Shown: positions 12,261-22,867, counted from the stretch's first letter. The stretch: 64,000 nt of DNA from an uncultured delta proteobacterium (GCA_963848295.1 CAWKDB010000010.1:2208001-2272000); one strand, 5' to 3'. The notes: generated from the sequence alone by a model not told the origin. Translations and numbers: made by a program.

Positions 12261-13352
12261 GTGCTCGCACGCCTGAAGAGCAAGAACCTCGATACCTGGA
12301 TGCGCGACTACGCGCGGCACCTGGTGCGCCGAGCGCGTACGCCGCGCGGCGCCGGGCCGCGTCACGTGCTGTTCGCGCTGTGCGATCACTACGAGCCGCT
12401 GTGGGGCAGAGCCGACGAGTCGACCGGTCGCGCGCGCGTCGACGCGTGGGCGGATCGTTATCCCGATCTCGATCGGTTTCGCGACGGCAACGGCCGACCG
12501 CCGCGCCACAGCTTCTTCTTCCCCGGCGAAGAATACTCGCCGTATTACCTCGATCGCCTCGCCGAGCTCGCGCGCAAAGGCTTCGGCGAAGTCGAGGTGC
12601 ACCTCCATCACGACGGCGACACCGCCGCCACGCTCGAGGACAAGCTCCGCGCCACGCTGCGCGACTTCGCGAGCCACGGCCATCTGTCGCGCGATGCCGC
12701 CGGCAACTTCCAATGGGCGTTCATCCACGGCAACTGGAGCCTCGCGAACGGTCGGCCCGACGGCAAGTGGTGCGGTGTCGACGAGGAACTGCCGGTGCTC
12801 CACGAGCTCGGCTGCTACGCCGACCTGACGTTTCCGTCGGCGCCCGACGTGTGCCAGCCCGATCGGGTCAACCTGATCTACTGGCCCACCGGCGATCTGA
12901 CGCGCCGGCGCAGCTACGAAGGCGGCGAGCGCGCTCGGGTCGGCACGCGCTATGACGATCGCCTGTTGATCATCACGGGTCCGCTGGCGTTCGCGCGCAA
13001 AGGCGCGGGGGTGCGGATCGAGAACAGCGCGATCACCGGCGACGATCCGCCGAGTGCCACGCGCGTCGCGAGCTGGGTCGCGCAAGCCATTCACATCGAG
13101 GGCCGCCCCGAGTGGGTGTTCGTCAAGGTCCACACCCACGGCGCGATCGAGAAGACCGCGGCGTCGCTGCTCGGCGACGGCGGGCGCGCGCTGCACTCCG
13201 CGCTCGCGGGCTTCAACACCGGCGGCTGGAAGCTGCACTACGTCACCGCTCGCGAGATGTACAACGTCGCCCGCGCCGCGATGGACGGGATGACCGGCGA
13301 TCCGAACGCGTACTTCGACCATGTCGTCGCGCCGCCGCCGATCGCGCGCTGA
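12261..13352 (+). CDS. hypothetical protein, probable metal-dependent deacetylase/hydrolase (NodB-like barrel)
   Basis: CDHYEP, EVEVHLHH, FIHGNW, ADLTFPSAP and KVHTHG His/Asp motifs; fold is inferred. Confidence 0.6.
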   Translation: MLARLKSKNLDTWMRDYARHLVRRARTPRGAGPRHVLFALCDHYEPLWGRADESTGRARVDAWADRYPDLDRFRDGNGRPPRHSFFFPGEEYSPYYLDRLAELARKGFGEVEVHLHHDGDTAATLEDKLRATLRDFASHGHLSRDAAGNFQWAFIHGNWSLANGRPDGKWCGVDEELPVLHELGCYADLTFPSAPDVCQPDRVNLIYWPTGDLTRRRSYEGGERARVGTRYDDRLLIITGPLAFARKGAGVRIENSAITGDDPPSATRVASWVAQAIHIEGRPEWVFVKVHTHGAIEKTAASLLGDGGRALHSALAGFNTGGWKLHYVTAREMYNVARAAMDGMTGDPNAYFDHVVAPPPIAR

Positions 13353-13469
13353 CCCAGGTCGCCCATTGCAGCGGCGTTACCGCGCCAGGTGACCATTTCG
13401 TGACGCGGCGATTTGTAACGCAGCGGTGCGCGGAGCCGCGTCCCAAGTTTGCGATAGTGGGAAGAAGCC

Positions 13470-13979
13470 ATGAAGTCGTTCTGCTCGGAGCACGTGTTTC
13501 AGGCGCCATCGACCGCGATCATCTTCGCGGCGTATTTCGATCCCGAGCTCCAGGTCGTGCAGGATCGAGCGGTCGAGATCGACCAGCGTGAGGTCCTCGA
13601 ATACGAGGATGATGGCAAGGTCATTCGCCGGGTCTGCCGGGTCACACCGCGGCGGCAACTCCCGGCCTTGCTCAAGCCGTTTTCATCTGGTTCGCTCCAT
13701 TACATCGAGACGGTCACGTGGAATCGTGAGGACGACCAGCTATCGGTCGAGATGCGGCCCTCGATCCTGAAGGGTCGAGCGATCATCTCGGGCACCTACA
13801 GCCTCGAGCGAATCGCTCCGAACGCGATCCGGCGTCGTTACGAGGGTGAGGTGTCGGTAGATATCGCCCTGCTGTCGGCCCGGATCGAGCGCCATATCGC
13901 CGAAGAGCTCGAGCGGTCGATCCCGCTGGCAGCCGCCTGTACCCAGGCCTGGATCTCACGGAATCAACCGACCGCATGA
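13470..13979 (+). CDS. DUF2505-like (SRPBCC/START fold) protein
   Basis: Size and pattern (F.EHVF, YIETVTW, GTY.L, RRYEGEV.V.I...RIE..I.EEL). Confidence 0.65.
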   Translation: MKSFCSEHVFQAPSTAIIFAAYFDPELQVVQDRAVEIDQREVLEYEDDGKVIRRVCRVTPRRQLPALLKPFSSGSLHYIETVTWNREDDQLSVEMRPSILKGRAIISGTYSLERIAPNAIRRRYEGEVSVDIALLSARIERHIAEELERSIPLAAACTQAWISRNQPTA

Positions 13980-14034
13980 TTTCCAGCAGCAGGTCGGCCT
14001 TAAAACCAAGGAATCGTTGGGGCATAATAGTCGG

Positions 14035-15732
14035 GTGACGATTCCGGCGGGGACGCTCGTCCCCCGCGACGCTAGAGATTTCGGCAGCTATCAGCTGCTC
14101 GCGAAGCTCGCGACCGGCGGGATGGCGGAGATCTATCTCGCGCGTCCGTCGTCGTCGGCCGGCCACCAGAGCGTGCTCGTGCTGAAGCGGATCCTCCCGC
14201 ACCTCGCGGAGGACGAGCACTTCGTGACGATGTTTCGCGACGAGGCGGACCTCGCGAGCAAGCTGATCCACAAGAACGTGTGCCACGTGTCGTCGTTCGG
14301 CTCGTACGCCGGGACGTGGTTCATCGCGATGGAGTACCTGCACGGGGTCCCGCTGTCGCGGATGATGACGCGGCTATCGAAGAGCGGAAAGCAGCTCGAC
14401 TATCGCGTCGTCGCCGCGATCATCTGCCAGGCGTGCGAGGGCTTGCACGCGGCGCACGAAGCGCGCGGCCCCGACGAGCAATTGCTCGGCGTCGTCCATC
14501 GCGACGTGTCGCCGCCCAACATCATGGTGACGTCGGACGGCACGGTGAAGCTGCTCGACTTCGGCATCGCGAAGGCGCGCGGCGCGAACTCGCGAACGCG
14601 GACCGGCACGGTCAAGGGCAAGAACGCGTACATGTCGCCGGAGCAGATCCTCGGCAAGTCGCTCGATCGGCGCAGCGACGTGTTCGCGCTCGCGGTCGTG
14701 ATGTACGAGATGCTCGCGATCAAGCGGCTGTTCCATCGCGACAGCGACTTCCTGACGTTCAAGGCGATCACCGAGGAGCCGATCCCCGATATTCGCGATC
14801 GCCGTCACGACATCCCGTCGAGCATGCGCGCCGCCATGCTGCAGGCGATGGCGCGCGATCCGGCGGGTCGATTCGACACCGCGCTCGCGTTCGGCAACGC
14901 GATTCGCAACGCGGTCGCCAGCATCGGCGGCCCGGCGTCGCAACAGGAGCTCGCACGCCTGTTGTTCACCGACTTCTCCGACGAGATGGCCCAGCGTGAC
15001 GAGATCCTGCGCGCCGCCGACGATCCGAACGCGGCTCCGATCTCGCTCGCGGCGACGCAGCTCCCGGCGACGCCGACCGCGGTGCCGATTCGCCCCGCGC
15101 CGGTGCAGGGCGAGTTGCCTCAGGGACAGCGCTCGCATCGCCCGACCGGGCCGATCGAGGGCGTGCCTTCGATGATCGTGCACCAGGGCTCGTCGAAGGT
15201 CGCCCTGCCACCCGCGCTGTTGCCGCACGGCGACTCGGCGCTCGCCGGCGTCCTCGATCTCAGCGGGAACATGCCGGTCGACACGTGGATGGCCGACGGC
15301 GGGACCAATCTGCTCAGCGCCCACCGCTGGAAGAGCGTGCGCAACGCGATCATCGCGATCGCGATCCTCGCGGGCATCGCCGTCGCGATCGTCGTCGTCG
15401 TGTCGAGCTCCGGCGGCGGCAGCGACGACTCGTCCCACGTCGTCGCCAACCACAGCGAGGTGGTGAAGCCGATCGACGCCGCGGTCAAGGTCGACGCCGA
15501 CAACCGCGCGAACATCGAGGCCGAGGCCCGGTTCGGGTACTTCAGCATCACCGCGAACGCGAGGACGTCGATCTTCATCGACGGCCGGCCGTATGGCGAG
15601 ACGCCGATGACCCGCTACCCGTTGCCGCCAGGCCCACATGTCGTACGCCTGGTCGGCCCCAAGAAGAGCAAGACGATCAAGATCACGATGTACGGCGGCA
15701 AAGACACCGACGAGGGCACGGTCAACTGGTGA
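14035..15732 (+). CDS. Hanks-type Ser/Thr protein kinase with TM helix and PEGA domain
   Basis: GGMAEIY, VLKRI, HRDVSPPN, DFGIAK, YMSPEQ; Pro-rich linker; TM helix; IFIDG..YGETP..LPPGPH. Start set at GTG 14035. Confidence 0.93.
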   Translation: MTIPAGTLVPRDARDFGSYQLLAKLATGGMAEIYLARPSSSAGHQSVLVLKRILPHLAEDEHFVTMFRDEADLASKLIHKNVCHVSSFGSYAGTWFIAMEYLHGVPLSRMMTRLSKSGKQLDYRVVAAIICQACEGLHAAHEARGPDEQLLGVVHRDVSPPNIMVTSDGTVKLLDFGIAKARGANSRTRTGTVKGKNAYMSPEQILGKSLDRRSDVFALAVVMYEMLAIKRLFHRDSDFLTFKAITEEPIPDIRDRRHDIPSSMRAAMLQAMARDPAGRFDTALAFGNAIRNAVASIGGPASQQELARLLFTDFSDEMAQRDEILRAADDPNAAPISLAATQLPATPTAVPIRPAPVQGELPQGQRSHRPTGPIEGVPSMIVHQGSSKVALPPALLPHGDSALAGVLDLSGNMPVDTWMADGGTNLLSAHRWKSVRNAIIAIAILAGIAVAIVVVVSSSGGGSDDSSHVVANHSEVVKPIDAAVKVDADNRANIEAEARFGYFSITANARTSIFIDGRPYGETPMTRYPLPPGPHVVRLVGPKKSKTIKITMYGGKDTDEGTVNW

Positions 15733-15813
15733 CAGTTGACCCCCGTGGGTTGTCAGGTGATACGAGTGCACGCCGCGTGATTTCGGCCCTATAGTCCCGG
15801 TGAGGGGGCCTCC

Positions 15814-17490
15814 ATGCGCCGAATTCAGTTTTGCATACTGACCGCGATCGTTGCGTGCGGACCGTCGAGGCTGCACCACGGCGACGGCGGCAGTGGCGGC
15901 GGCGACAGCGGCAACGGCCAGCCTCACGTGCTCACCGGGATCACGATCACGCCGACGAATCCGATCGTCGAGCTCGATCTCAACGCGACCGGCGCGCAAG
16001 GCTTCACCGCGACCGGCAACTACGCCGATAACGTCGACGAAGATCTGACGAGCGCGGCGACGTGGTCCGTCGTCAACCCGGCGGTCGGTACGATGACCGC
16101 CGCGACGCTCGCGATTCCATCGTTCACCGCCGACGGAGCGGTGGTGTCGCGGATCAACGCCGACTACTCCGGGCTCGAAGGGATCGCGCAGATCACGGTG
16201 GTCGCGTATCGCCGCAGCGGCTCGCAGCAAGACTTCTTCTTCGACCTGCCCTATCAGGCGCCGAACGTCACCAAGCCGCTCGACTTCTCGACCGCGATCC
16301 CCGCACTCGACGTGTTCTTCCTGATGGACACGACCGGTTCGATGTCGGGCGAGATCTCGAACCTCAAGACGTCGCTCAACTCGACCGTGATCCCGGGCAT
16401 CGAGGCCGCGGTCGCGGACTCGGAGTTCGGCGTCGGCTATCACGATGACTTCCCGATCAGCCCATACGGCGCCGGCGCCGATCAGCCGTTCCATCTGATC
16501 CAGCCGATCACGAACAACAACACGCTGATCACCGCCGGCGTCAACGCGCTGACGCTCAGCAACGGCGACGACGAGCCCGAGGGCGGGATCGAGGGCATCT
16601 ACCAGGCCGCGACCGGCGCTGGCCTCACCGGGCCGTCGCCGACCAGCGTCGCGGCGAACCACGTCGGCGTCGGTGGCGTCGAGTTCCGCACCGGCACGAT
16701 GCCGGTGATCGTCGCGATCAGCGACGCCGACTCGCATCGGATGTCGCCCGATCCGGGCGCGTGCAACGGCACCAACGACGACTACACCGGGACGGTCGCC
16801 GCGGTCGCGCACTCTCTGCCGCAGACCGAGACCGCGCTCAACACCATCTGCGCCCGCTTTGTCGGCATCGCGCCGATCGGCAACGCGAATTGCAGCGCGG
16901 TGAGCTACTACACCGACCTCGGCACGAAGACCGGCTCGCGCGTGCCGCCTGGCGCTTGGGACGTCGGGACCCGGCCGGCCGGATGCTCCGCGGCTCAGTG
17001 TTGTACCGGCCAGAACGGCGCCGGCCAGTCGACCGACGCCGACGGCCTATGTCCTCTCGTGTTCCTCGCGTCGACGAGCGGCACCGGCGTCAGCACGAAC
17101 GTGGTCACCGGCATCGAGCTGCTGACCCGGTTCGCGACGTTCACCGCCACGACGATGACCGCCGGCGGCACGACCGACAACATGAACAACCCGCTGCCGG
17201 TGGGTCACACGACCGCGGACTTCATCACCGCGGTCACCCCGGCGAGCTTCACGTTGCCGCCGCCGCCGCCGAACCTGCCGAATCCGACGTTCGACGCGAC
17301 CTCGTTCTACGGCGTCACGCCGGGCACGCAAGTCGACTTCAACGTCGTGGCGACGAACACGTTCGTGCCACAGACCGATCAGGCGCAGATCTTCACGGCG
17401 ACGATCACCGTGCTCGCCAGCGGCTGCACGCCCCTCGATCAGCGCACGGTGATCATCCTCGTGCCGCCGACCGCGATCGTGATCCAGTAG
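15814..17490 (+). CDS. Cys-rich lipoprotein with Ig-like and vWA domains
   Basis: Lipobox IVAC; ITITP..ATG.Y.D Ig-like segment; LDVFFLMDTTGSM MIDAS motif; GDDEPEG; several Cys pairs. Confidence 0.85.
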   Translation: MRRIQFCILTAIVACGPSRLHHGDGGSGGGDSGNGQPHVLTGITITPTNPIVELDLNATGAQGFTATGNYADNVDEDLTSAATWSVVNPAVGTMTAATLAIPSFTADGAVVSRINADYSGLEGIAQITVVAYRRSGSQQDFFFDLPYQAPNVTKPLDFSTAIPALDVFFLMDTTGSMSGEISNLKTSLNSTVIPGIEAAVADSEFGVGYHDDFPISPYGAGADQPFHLIQPITNNNTLITAGVNALTLSNGDDEPEGGIEGIYQAATGAGLTGPSPTSVAANHVGVGGVEFRTGTMPVIVAISDADSHRMSPDPGACNGTNDDYTGTVAAVAHSLPQTETALNTICARFVGIAPIGNANCSAVSYYTDLGTKTGSRVPPGAWDVGTRPAGCSAAQCCTGQNGAGQSTDADGLCPLVFLASTSGTGVSTNVVTGIELLTRFATFTATTMTAGGTTDNMNNPLPVGHTTADFITAVTPASFTLPPPPPNLPNPTFDATSFYGVTPGTQVDFNVVATNTFVPQTDQAQIFTATITVLASGCTPLDQRTVIILVPPTAIVIQ

Positions 17491-17599
17491 GCACGGCGCG
17501 CCCGGGTAAGCTCGCGGCGCCGCGACAACCGTGTCGTCATTTCGCGTTACGCCGACGTAACCGCGACTTGAAGTGCGCGGGATCTCAGTGAGCAGTGCT

Positions 17600-17615
17600 C
17601 GGCACGATCTCTGCT
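17600..17615 (+). promoter_or_regulatory. sigma54 -24/-12 promoter
   Basis: cGG-CACGATCTCT-GCt: exact GG-N10-GC spacing, just upstream of GTG 17629. Confidence 0.7.
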
Positions 17616-17628
17616 CGACGCGGCGGGG

Positions 17629-18276
17629 GTGAAGCTCGTCGTGCTCGCACTCGTGACCCTCGAAACGATCGCCGTCGCGCAACCCGCGCCGACCGCACCG
17701 AGCTCACCTGATTCGTCGGAGCTCGCGCCGCCGTCGAGCGCGCCGCTGCTGGCGCCGGTCAGCGAACCGCGGCATTTGTTCGTGGCGGTGCACGCCGGGA
17801 TCGAGAACATCGCGCTGCATGAGTCGGATCCCGAGTACATCGATCCGTCTGGGACCGGGTTCGCTGCCGACGTCGAGCTCGGCGGTCACTGGGGCTCGGT
17901 CGAGGTCCTCGGTTACGTTGACTTCGCCCAGATGTCATCGACGACGCCGGTCTGGAGTCTTCACGAGCTCTTCGTGGGTTTCGGCGCGCGATTTCGCGTG
18001 TGCTACCGCGGGTTGTTCGTCGGCGTCGGCACCGGAATGTTGATCGGTGCGCAAAGCGGGACCTATCTCGACACGTCCCTTGCGACCCCGATGACGGCCG
18101 ATGCCAATGACTCGCCCGGTATGGTCACGGCGGAGCTGCACGCTGGCTACACGTTTCCGCGCATCGGCGGCGTGGCGCCGGAGTTGTTGCTTGTCGTCGA
18201 GGAGGCGGTGTCGTTACCGCCCGACGAGGGGCCGTCCGCGACGACGACTCGGCTCGGGCTCGGCGCCAGATTCTAG
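17629..18276 (+). CDS. outer-membrane beta-barrel protein
   Basis: Signal peptide, Pro-rich linker, amphipathic strands, C-terminal RLGLGARF. Confidence 0.7.
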   Translation: MKLVVLALVTLETIAVAQPAPTAPSSPDSSELAPPSSAPLLAPVSEPRHLFVAVHAGIENIALHESDPEYIDPSGTGFAADVELGGHWGSVEVLGYVDFAQMSSTTPVWSLHELFVGFGARFRVCYRGLFVGVGTGMLIGAQSGTYLDTSLATPMTADANDSPGMVTAELHAGYTFPRIGGVAPELLLVVEEAVSLPPDEGPSATTTRLGLGARF

Positions 18277-18333
18277 CTGGGTGAAGCGCGTCGCGCTTCG
18301 GGACCCGCCTTGTGCCGATCCTAGCGGCCTAGG

Positions 18334-18630
18334 CTAGCTCAGCGGCGCCGGGCGAATGCTGGTGATGTGCAGGTTGGCCTCGGGGCTCGTCACGATCTGC
18401 ACGCGATCGCCGGTCGAGAATCGAGGCACGAGCTCGGGCGGCCCCTGGAAATGCAGGTCGACCAAGTTTTCGAGATCGAGCTCTTCGCCCTCTTCATCGG
18501 TCGCGCGCTCGATGTCGAGCTGGATCTTCGAGACCTGACGCGCCGGCACGTGCTCGAACTTCGCCCCGGTGGCGTGGAGCTCGATGCTGCGGATCGTGCC
18601 TACTAGCCGCAGTCCTTCATCGCGGCCCAT
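18334..18630 (-). CDS. hypothetical protein (98 aa, OB-fold-like)
   Basis: The coding-like part of ORF 18334-19518 starts at MGRDEG; TACGAT lies 6 nt upstream. Confidence 0.7.
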   Translation of the reverse strand: MGRDEGLRLVGTIRSIELHATGAKFEHVPARQVSKIQLDIERATDEEGEELDLENLVDLHFQGPPELVPRFSTGDRVQIVTSPEANLHITSIRPAPLS

Positions 18631-18662
18631 AGCACCATCGTACACTGGTCGTCGTTGCGACT

Positions 18663-19280
18663 TTAGCTCGGTGGCCCGACTTCGATGCCGCCCTCGGCAC
18701 GTGCCACGAAGATCACGTCTGCGTCGCCCTCTGCGGTGAGGTCGTGTTGTGTACCGCCAGCGAACACCATCTCGTCCCCAGGATGCAGCACGAGGCCTCC
18801 GCGCTCGCGCAGGACCCCGGCGAGCACCAGGGTGACCTCTTCGCCGCGGTGTTTGTGCCACGGGAATGACGCACCTGCTGCGATCCGGATAAAGCCGCAG
18901 TCCGCGGTCGCGCATGCCGGGCCACCCGAGAAATGGACCAGACCGATCCCGGGCACCGGGTGCTCCCACGATGCCTTGCGCTCGACGAAGCCGAGCAACT
19001 CGCGCGCGCGATCGACCGAGACGTCGAACAGCGAAGCGAGACGTCCCGAGAATCTCTCGAATCGGCCGTCGCCGATCGAAGCGAGGATCCGAGCCTTGAC
19101 CTCGGCGGAGGGCGCGACCGGCACGACCGCGTCGATCAACACATCCGTGGCCTGGCGATACTCGGCGAGCTCGGCCGCGAGGGCCGGATCGGTCGCGACC
19201 GCGCGCTCGACTTGGCTCACCTCGCTCGGGTCGAGCACCCCGAGGGCGTATAGAGGCAGCAGCTCGCGAACGTCGCTCAT
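18663..19280 (-). CDS. anti-sigma factor with ChrR-like cupin domain
   Basis: ELLPLYALGVL anti-sigma N-terminus; PWHKHRGEE..VL.G...H cupin motif; overlaps the ECF sigma stop. Confidence 0.85.
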   Translation of the reverse strand: MSDVRELLPLYALGVLDPSEVSQVERAVATDPALAAELAEYRQATDVLIDAVVPVAPSAEVKARILASIGDGRFERFSGRLASLFDVSVDRARELLGFVERKASWEHPVPGIGLVHFSGGPACATADCGFIRIAAGASFPWHKHRGEEVTLVLAGVLRERGGLVLHPGDEMVFAGGTQHDLTAEGDADVIFVARAEGGIEVGPPS

Positions 19281-19813
19281 GACTTACCCGCCAGGATGTC
19301 GCGCAGCTTGCCGAGCGCCGCCGCGAGACGAGATTTGACCGTGCCGACCGGGATCGAAATCCGATCCGAGATCTCGGTACACGACAGCCCTTCGAAGTAC
19401 GCGAGCTCGAGCACCGCGCGCTGATCGCCGCCGAGTCCTTCGAGCGCGGCCCGCACCCGGACGTGATCCGGGGAGCTGCGCTCGCGGTCATCGGCCACGA
19501 GCTCGATCCCGCCGTCACCCGCGTTGCGGGAAACTCGGGCCGATTTTTGGTGGTCTAGGGCGCGGGAACGCATACGGATAGCCAACCAAGTACGAACCCG
19601 ACCTCTCTTTGGATCGAAGTCCTTAGCCGCTTTCCAGGCCTCCAAGAACACGTCGTGTAGGAGGTCCTCGGCCTCTCTCCGCTCGCGCACGATACGGACC
19701 GCCACGCCGAGTAGTAGGCCAGCATGCCGTTCGTACAGCCGGGCCAGGGCTTTGCTGTCGCCGCGGGCCATCGCCGCGACCAGGGCGGCGTCCTCGGCGT
19801 CATCATCCGCCAT
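19277..19813 (-). CDS. ECF sigma-70 factor
   Basis: [43 protein letters not shown]. Confidence 0.95.
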   Translation of the reverse strand: MADDDAEDAALVAAMARGDSKALARLYERHAGLLLGVAVRIVRERREAEDLLHDVFLEAWKAAKDFDPKRGRVRTWLAIRMRSRALDHQKSARVSRNAGDGGIELVADDRERSSPDHVRVRAALEGLGGDQRAVLELAYFEGLSCTEISDRISIPVGTVKSRLAAALGKLRDILAGKS

Positions 19814-19870
19814 CCGCGGAGGACGGTAGCACGGCTTTGGTCGGCCGCGTGCGCGTGGTATTTGCCTGAG

Positions 19871-22756
19871 ATGCAGTTGCGCGACTCCGTGCGAGCCGAG
19901 GCGACCGACCGCACCTGGTCACAGGGCGTCGGACTCGCTCGCGATCGGCGAGTGGTCGGCAGCGGCAAGACCGGGGACGAGCTCGAGCTCGAGGTCCGAG
20001 TCCCGGGCAAGCCGGTGCCGTACACCGTCCATCTCGATCCGAAGCGCGGCGAGTGGGAGTGCGACTGCACGAGCAAAGAGCCTGTGTGCTCGCACGTCGT
20101 CGCGGCGGTGATCGCGAGCGAGCAAGCCGTCGATGGCATGCCGACGTCCGACGAGATCGGCGCGCCGTTGCGCTACTTGCTCGAGCCCGCGCCCGGCGGG
20201 ATCACGGTCGTGCGCTCCCTGGTGCACGGCGACAAGACCGAGACCCTCGGCGGCGCGCTGCTGTCCGCGATCGCGGCGGGCGCGAAGATCGCGAGCATCG
20301 AGGCCGACATCCTCGCCGATCCGATCATCTCGGCGCGCGGCGGCCCGCTCAACGGCGAGCGGCTCGATCGCTTGCTCGCGGTGCTCGAGGGCGCGCGCGA
20401 CGTGCGCTGGCGCGGCGTGCCGGTCAAGACCAGCGCCGAACCGGTGATGCCGCGCGCGATCGTCGAGGATGCCGGCGCCGGCATTCGGGTCCGGATCGAA
20501 GCCGATCCGGCGGTGCTCGAAGTGCTCGCGGTCGGGCTCGTGCGCACGAAGGTCGGCGACGCCGATGTCCTGCGGCCGATCGGTGCGGTGGACCTGTCGG
20601 GCCCGAAGCTCGACAAGCTGCCGCAGTCGTTCCTCGTCGGCCGCGCCGCGTTGCCCCAGCTGATGCGCGAGACCTTGCCCGCGCTCGCCCAGCGGATCTC
20701 GATCGACGTGCGCGCGAGTGGCCTGCCGCAGCTCGGCGGCGCGGAGCAGCCACGGATGCACTTCGACGTCGAACAAGACGGCGACAAGCTGATCGTGTTC
20801 CCGACGCTGGTCTACGGCGAGCCGCCGCGCGCGCGGGTCGACGGCAACGCGCTGACTCACCTCGGCGGGACGCTGCCGGTGCGCGATCAAGACGCCGAGC
20901 GCCGGCTCGTCCATCGCCTGCGCGAGATCAACTTGGTGCCGGGCCGCCGCGTCGAGCTGTCGGGGCGCGACGCGTTCGCGATGCAGACCGCGCTGTCCGG
21001 CTGGTTGCGCGGTGATGCGAAGGCGGTCAACGCGACGAAGGCGGTCGCGCTCGAGCCGCGCGTCGCGGTCGACGGCACGAAGTTCGAGATCGATCTGTAC
21101 GGCGCCGACGGTCGGCACGCGTCGGTCGCGGCGGCGCTGCGCGCATGGCAAGCGGGCGTCGACCTCGTCCCGCTCGAGGGCGGTGGCTGGGGCCGGGTGC
21201 CGATGTCGTGGTTCGATGTCCATGGCGAGCGCGTCGCGGACGTGCTCGCGACGCGCGGCGGCGACCACCGCGTGCCGATCTACGCGCTGCCCGATCTCGC
21301 GCGGCTGTGCGAGAGCCTCGATGCGCCGCCGCCGCCCGAGCTCGATCGCCTGCGGCCGCTGCTCGACGGGTTCACCGGGATCCCGCACGCGGAGTCGCTC
21401 GTGACCGGCGAGCTCCGGCCGTATCAACAGACCGGCTTGGACTGGCTCGCGTTCTGTCGCGACACCGGCCTCGGCTGCGTGCTCGCCGACGACATGGGTC
21501 TCGGCAAGACGGTGCAGGCGCTCGCCGCGATCAAGGGCCGTACGCTCGTCGTCAGCCCGACCAGCGTGTTGTTCAACTGGATGGCGGAGACCAAGCGATT
21601 TCGCCCTGAATTGCGGATCGCGACCTATCACGGCCCGCGCCGCGCGCTCGATCCGAGCGCCGATGTCGTGCTGACGACTTATCCGATCCTGCGCAACGAC
21701 ATCGACGTGCTCGCCGGCGCGCCGTGGGCCAACGTGATCCTCGACGAGTCGCAGACGATCAAGAACCCCGACTCGCAGGTCGCGCGCGCCGCGTATCGGC
21801 TCAAAGGCGGCTGGCGGCTCGTGCTGTCCGGTACGCCGGTCGAGAATCGGCTCGACGAGCTGTGGAGCCAGCTGCACTTCACGAATCCGGGCCTGCTCGG
21901 CGGACGCGCCGATTTCCAGGAGCGCTGGTCCGAGCCGATCTCGAGCGGCGACAACGACGCGGCCGCGCGCCTGCGCGAGCGGATCCGGCCGTTCGTGTTG
22001 CGCCGGTTGAAGCGCGACGTCGCGAAAGAGCTGCCACCGCGGACCGACGCGATCATGTACGTCGAGCTCGACGATAACGAGCGCACGACCTACGACGCGA
22101 TCCGCGCGGCGACGCAACGCGAGATCGTGGCGCTGCTCGAAGCCGGCGGCGGCGTGATGGCGGCGCTCGAGGCGTTGCTCCGGTTGCGCCAGGCGTCGTG
22201 TCACCTCGCGCTGTTGCCCGGTGGCCTGCGCGGCGGCGCCGCGCCGCAGAATTCATCGAAGCTCGTTCGCCTGCTCGACGCGCTCACGGACGCGGTCGCC
22301 GATGGCCATCGCGCGCTCGTGTTCTCGCAGTGGACGTCGCTGCTCGATCTGATCGAGCCGCACCTCGACGCCGCCGACATTGCCTTCACCCGGCTCGACG
22401 GCAGCACGACCGATCGCGCCAAGGTGGTCGGCGAGTTCCAGGCAGACGATGGCCCGCCGGTGATGCTGCTCTCGCTCAAGGCGGGCGGGACCGGCCTCAA
22501 CCTCACCGCCGCCGATCACGTCTTCCTCGTCGATCCGTGGTGGAACCCTGCGGTCGAAGATCAGGCCGCCGATCGCGCGCATCGCATCGGCCAGGATAAA
22601 CCCGTGATGGTCTATCGCATGGTCGCGAAGGACACCGTCGAGGAGCGCATCCTCGAGCTGCAAGACCGCAAGCGCCACCTCGCGGATGCCGCGTTGTCCG
22701 AGGCGGGAGGCGCGACGTCGATCACGCGCGACGACTTGCTCGCGCTGCTGTCGTGA
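19871..22756 (+). CDS. SWIM zinc-finger SNF2-family helicase/ATPase
   Basis: CDC..VCSH SWIM motif; [49 protein letters not shown]. Start set at ATG 19871. Confidence 0.95.
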   Translation: MQLRDSVRAEATDRTWSQGVGLARDRRVVGSGKTGDELELEVRVPGKPVPYTVHLDPKRGEWECDCTSKEPVCSHVVAAVIASEQAVDGMPTSDEIGAPLRYLLEPAPGGITVVRSLVHGDKTETLGGALLSAIAAGAKIASIEADILADPIISARGGPLNGERLDRLLAVLEGARDVRWRGVPVKTSAEPVMPRAIVEDAGAGIRVRIEADPAVLEVLAVGLVRTKVGDADVLRPIGAVDLSGPKLDKLPQSFLVGRAALPQLMRETLPALAQRISIDVRASGLPQLGGAEQPRMHFDVEQDGDKLIVFPTLVYGEPPRARVDGNALTHLGGTLPVRDQDAERRLVHRLREINLVPGRRVELSGRDAFAMQTALSGWLRGDAKAVNATKAVALEPRVAVDGTKFEIDLYGADGRHASVAAALRAWQAGVDLVPLEGGGWGRVPMSWFDVHGERVADVLATRGGDHRVPIYALPDLARLCESLDAPPPPELDRLRPLLDGFTGIPHAESLVTGELRPYQQTGLDWLAFCRDTGLGCVLADDMGLGKTVQALAAIKGRTLVVSPTSVLFNWMAETKRFRPELRIATYHGPRRALDPSADVVLTTYPILRNDIDVLAGAPWANVILDESQTIKNPDSQVARAAYRLKGGWRLVLSGTPVENRLDELWSQLHFTNPGLLGGRADFQERWSEPISSGDNDAAARLRERIRPFVLRRLKRDVAKELPPRTDAIMYVELDDNERTTYDAIRAATQREIVALLEAGGGVMAALEALLRLRQASCHLALLPGGLRGGAAPQNSSKLVRLLDALTDAVADGHRALVFSQWTSLLDLIEPHLDAADIAFTRLDGSTTDRAKVVGEFQADDGPPVMLLSLKAGGTGLNLTAADHVFLVDPWWNPAVEDQAADRAHRIGQDKPVMVYRMVAKDTVEERILELQDRKRHLADAALSEAGGATSITRDDLLALLS

Positions 22757-22867
22757 TTGCCATTCGCAATTGCCATTCTTAATGAACGTCGCAGCGAGGC
22801 GAAGCTGCCGCGCGCTGCCGGTGGTTGTTACATCGCGCGCGAAAACGCTGGTGCTAGGGTCGCGCGC

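Noticed and set aside
14374..16812. Long antisense or alternative-frame ORFs (also 19919-22204, 22253-24064, 60914-63457, 14-973 and others)
   Set aside because: Arg/Gly-rich shadow ORFs expected in high-GC DNA, overlapping well-supported genes.
19871..22756. SNF2 helicase or WYL pair as an anti-phage defence island
   Set aside because: No methylase, nuclease or other defence genes adjacent; codon usage is native; both match housekeeping families.
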